From Paraspadella gotoi (lineage: Eukaryota > Animalia > Chaetognatha): a stretch of 64,000 bases of DNA. This document shows, one piece after another, positions 50,922-64,000 of this stretch (position 1 is its first letter; each line of letters starts with the position of its first letter). The stretch is taken from the NCBI GenBank assembly GCA_051294375.1, contig CM119266.1:19020087-19084086 (forward strand), in the 5' to 3' direction. The notes below the pieces were generated by a model. That model had not been told where the DNA came from. It made no database searches and worked only from the letters and a program-made list of their open reading frames with translations. The translations under genes and the position numbers were made by a program.

Positions 50922-51930
50922 TCATATGCAATTGCAAGTCTTTCTGCAGAATGTCCTGGCGATAGCTTGACGCTCACTGTAAATGGAGATTTTAATCATT
51001 AAATTTTTTTTAAAAATGATTGAACTTTACATAACAACGCTCTGCAAAGGACTTACTTTCCGATGCGACCTCCAGAAACGCACCAGTTCTCCTTCCGCAA
51101 TTTTCTGCAAGTCGGGGGATCTCGATTGAACGCAGTCAGTAGGATGAGATCGTCGTAATAATGACAATCTTCCTCGTAGCCGACGACGTTGTCGCAATTA
51201 CGATTTCTTGAGATCGGCGGAAGAATGATAAATAATAGTCACGAATCAAGATTGGAATATGGATTGATTTATGATATTGATTAATGTGATGATAAATTTT
51301 AAATGTTCTTAGAAATTTTACTCACGCGATGGCCACATCTTCGCATTCCGATCTTGAATCGAAACAGCTGCAAGGCGGATCTAACGACCTACTGAAGGCA
51401 ATGTCGAGAAAAAGAACAAGGGCAGTGATTTTTAACAACATCGTTATTTTTCCCGCTTTGTTTTTATATATATATACTTTTTTTAAATTTTTTCAACACG
51501 ATATTTTTGTTGTTATCTTTTTTTTTTTTATTCCGAGGTGATCCTTCTCTTTGGATTTAATTTAAGTACTTTTCTTTAATTGAATTAACGTAAAAACGAT
51601 TACGAGAAGAAGAGTTGAGAAATATGAATTAAATGTGCGCAGATAAGAAATATCTTGGATCGAATCTAAAATCAGATAACCTAATAGAAGTAATCATTTT
51701 CAAAAATAAAGAGCAGGAATATTATCGAGTTATTTTACTGAACTATATACATTGCTCGATGTTCGAGCCTACTATATTCGATTTATATTAATTAATTTTC
51801 CGAAATAAATCCACAAATTATGTTAATAATAATCTTCGTCTGATGATTCTGACGTCTTAGCTTCCATTTAAGAACAACACTTATTAATAATATTAATAAT
51901 GATCGACTTTTTTTTTCACAGGACTTTCAT
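50922..51930 (-). CDS. 108-aa secreted cysteine-rich peptide, CRISP-CRD/ShK-like. Exons 51930-51925, 51653-51604, 51391-51326, 51206-51057, 50976-50922
   Basis: Spliced product: MKIFLICAHLIHISQLFFSRSLDPPCSCFDSRSECEDVAIANRNCDNVVGYEEDCHYYDDLILLTAFNRDPPTCRKLRKENWCVSGGRIGNERQAIARTFCRKTCNCI*. It has a hydrophobic leader and 10 mature Cys, and all phases agree. The first micro-exon is the least certain part. Confidence 0.75.
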
Positions 51931-52342
51931 TGTTATGATCTGATCTGTCGTCCCTAAAATAGAAAGTTTGGTTGATTTAGTGATCCGGTTTCAGTGATGC
52001 GGGCATCATTTCTTTCTACAGTTTTGTGCGTTCTTTAACATTTCTCTCTTTCTTTCAAATTTAAAAAATGAGCGAGCTTCTCTATTCTAACATTCAAACG
52101 ACTCGTCATGATTATGAGGTACGTGAAAGACGAGGCCCCGAGCAGGTCACCGATCGCATCACACGTTTTAGAACATCGTCTCGCTTTTGTGAATCAGCAG
52201 GGCGTGGACCTTGGGATGGGAAGAGCCTCCTCCACCTCGGCGCAACAAATTTAACATTAAACTATATTTATCAATCTCTCGATTAACCGATCAGTCATTC
52301 AATAATTTAACTATCGATAAATCATCATCGGCAGATCCGGCA

Positions 52343-61209
<8,867 letters not shown>

Positions 61210-62174
61210 ATGACCTCACTTGAGGGTTTCCTGGGCCTCGAATCAATTGTTTCAATAAAACGAAACAGAAAACAAAGTTTTTGTTTTTTTTTGTTTTTTT
61301 TTTTCAGTCAGGTGTAAACCATACAGTCAGTCGTGAATATAGATTTCAAAATCAATTTCTGTTTATGATTACGTGATCTTGTTTTATGTCAAAATAATTA
61401 GTATGATAATGCAAAAAAACTGATTACCAAAATGAGATTCAAAAGACAAACGTAGATCGTAAAACAAAAAGCATCAAAAAGTTTTGTTCTTTTTAATAGC
61501 TAAGGCCTATTTTTTTTTAAAGAATACTTTAAAAATAATTTAAATTAAAAAAATTCTTTTTTCAAATTTATAAATATATTCATATTTTTCATAAAAACGT
61601 TCAGGCTTCTTTCTTCTTGACTGACTTTTTGTTTTCTTCTTTCTATCATTCGCCTCATTCCTCTTCCTCTTCCTCCTCCGCCTTGAATCCCATTATAAAA
61701 GCTTTCAGCTTTCAGCCTTCAACCATTCGATCTTTCGCCGAAAGTTTCGGCTTTGTAATTTCTTCTGTCGCATCAACTTTTTTTTTCTCTGTACTGCAGA
61801 TTATTTCTTTTTTGCAAAGGAAAGTTTAACATTTATTTTTTTGCCCGTTTCTAATCGACGAAAAATTACAATTTACGAATTTACAATTTTTTTTTAAACG
61901 AAAACTTTTAAACGAAAACTTCCCGATATAATCATAACGAGACGTTGACTTTTAAAAACAACTGCTCCGTCCATGGCAATTTTTTGGATATCTCTATATC
62001 ATAATAATACATTTTTTTGTATATCTCTCTTAAAAGATTGGTTTTATTTCATTATTTCTCAGAAATAATGCCCAGAATTGGTAGTTCCGCCTTGGATAAA
62101 TCTCACAAAAAATTGTGGTTAAAGTTAACTTACGACATTATCGTTTTTATATGAGCATAGTTTTGTTTTTACAG

Positions 62175-64000
62175 ATGTCGAACCCGCAAGCTCGAGGCCG
62201 CGCCCGCGGCCGTCAGGCGCCAAACGGGCACGCCCCTGGAGGCGGCGCGGGAGCTCACGTTGCGACGCCTCCTCCGAACGCCTGGGGTCCGCCGCGTCCT
62301 TCGAATGGCAGCTCGAATCGCGGCGCCGCTCGGCCGAATCCGCCATCCGCTGCTGCTGGTCCTGCTCCTGCTGCTGGTGGTGGTCCACTCGGAGCCGGTG
62401 CGTCGGGGCGCCGATACCTGGACGACCTCTTCGCGAGGATGACGGTGAACGAAGGTCCCGACGCGGAAAGACCGCGCGCAATCAGAGGTGGAAAGGAATC
62501 TCTCAAGGAATTGGCCGAACTCGTAAGTTCTTATTTCTTTCCGGTTGGTTTGTCGTCTGCCCGTTATCTAACATTATCTAACCGTTTCAAACTCTGATTA
62601 AACTGCTTTTCCAAACCAGTGGTAAAATAATCTTTATCTTACCTTGACGAAATACGGAGTACATCATTACATCATTTTTTTCATGATTTTGTCTATTAAT
62701 TATCGAATATAGGCCATTCAATCACATTGAAAAAAACATTTTTTATCATTAAAGTTCCCTAATAATGGTCTAATCAATGGCGTTTCTGAATTCTCGTAAG
62801 ACATGTCATGATCGAAATCATTCAAAAACGAGGTTAGGTAAAAGACAAAGCAATGGAAAGTAAGAAATGATGGAGAACTCTAAACAATAGTGAAAAGGTA
62901 AGGTCGGTTAAAGTCAGAAACTTGATCTTGGTTAAATGCCAGTTTCCTTGTCGCGGTTGTTGTTGTTATCGTTGTTGTCGCCGCATAACATAAATTAATT
63001 TGTGATTAATATTTTTTTTTAATTATATAATGAGAATATGAGAATATTCAATTGTATATTTAAATTTTAATAATATTAAGTAATTTGAGCAGTAAATTTC
63101 TAATGATTTTCCTTTTTTAATAAATAATGAATGATGTTAAGAAAAGTTTATTTACATAAGTACCAATACCAGAAACTGGCTATAATTATATATAAAAAAA
63201 GATTAAAGAGGAAGATCCTCCCTCCGTTTCCCGAAGGCATCGCTAACATTTCTCTCGGCTTCATTTTAATAATATAAAATAAAATATAAAAATTTAATGT
63301 TCATGTAAATTTATACTTTTTTTTTCTTGCTTCCTCCTTATTTCAGGTTCGGCCAAAATGTATCGAAAACAAAAAGCAACCAGCAGGTCTACAAAAGTTT
63401 GAAAAAGCTCTCACGGTTTACGCCAACGCGTATCCTATTGCAGACGCGGCGCAGTTTACGCTTTTTCAATATGTCTTCTACTTCGAACCGCAGCAGGACT
63501 CAAAAGGGGCTCGGTAAGACTCGAAGGCTGTGATGTGCTGACACTGTCATGTTGGACATAAACTCTCTTTGTAATTCGTCATTCTTTGCGAAAGACGGAG
63601 AACTCCGCTCATCAGTCCTGCAACATTTCTCTCTTTTCAATTTTTACGTTTTACATTTTCTTTCCCTTTTTTCATTTGTTACTCTTGCGCTGGTAAACAT
63701 CAGATATATAATGCTTTTTTGTCATTTTAACTTTTTATTTTATTTTATCGAAATAAAATTTTCATTGTTTTTTTAATATTTTTTTAAATCTTTTTTCATC
63801 CACAAGAAATATTTCTCACAATTCAGGTACATATATTACATATTGATTCTCCTCTTTCCCCAACAATGAACCCTGTTCATTGAACAGCTTGCGACTCGTA
63901 AATTCAACGATGAAGGCGCAACACTTCAAAGGATCTCTCTCGTTCGACGGCATGAACGGATGGAGCAGCGTTCGTCTGCCGAACGAGGAGACCACCGTCG
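62175..64000 (+). CDS. PIWI-like Argonaute, 3'-partial. Exons 62175-62522, 63347-63513, 63888->64000
   Basis: The N-terminus has ARGRARGR, the PIWI-type Arg-methylation motif. The N-domain pattern follows: VRP....NKK...LTVYANAYPI...FTLFQYVFYFEPQQDSKGAR|LRLV...SFDGMN. PAZ/PIWI domains would lie beyond the window. Confidence 0.75.

Noticed and set aside
52172-52215. In-frame TGA (52190) as selenocysteine or readthrough in the RhoGEF N-terminus
   Set aside because: The 5' exon structure is unresolved and there is no SECIS evidence. A downstream ATG at 52343 avoids the stop.

Overview
This is AT-rich animal (invertebrate-like) genomic DNA with spliceosomal introns and one 10-N assembly gap. I assembled exons by hand and found seven protein-coding loci: (1) the 3' part of an Ataxin-1 homologue; (2) an SLC6 amino-acid-type transporter whose whole 12-TM core lies in one exon; (3) a ZDHHC3/7-type palmitoyltransferase; (4) a large orphan gene of ~14 exons and ~1,900 aa, with a degenerate globin-like domain, Gly/His repeats and CxC clusters; (5) a 108-aa secreted peptide on the minus strand that resembles a free-standing CRISP cysteine-rich (hinge + ShK-like) domain and is missing from the ORF track; (6) a divergent ephexin-like DH-PH-SH3 RhoGEF; (7) the 5' part of a PIWI-like gene. 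Non-coding DNA is dense in small elements: DINE-1/Helentron-like elements (one with an 18-bp satellite), nested MITEs, tRNA-derived SINEs, two palindromes carrying minimal hammerhead-ribozyme cores, and a 746-bp TRIM-like element whose structured LTR shares its 3' half with a SINE. Several introns need AAG/GAG acceptors or weak donors. All gene models are manual and have no transcript support.
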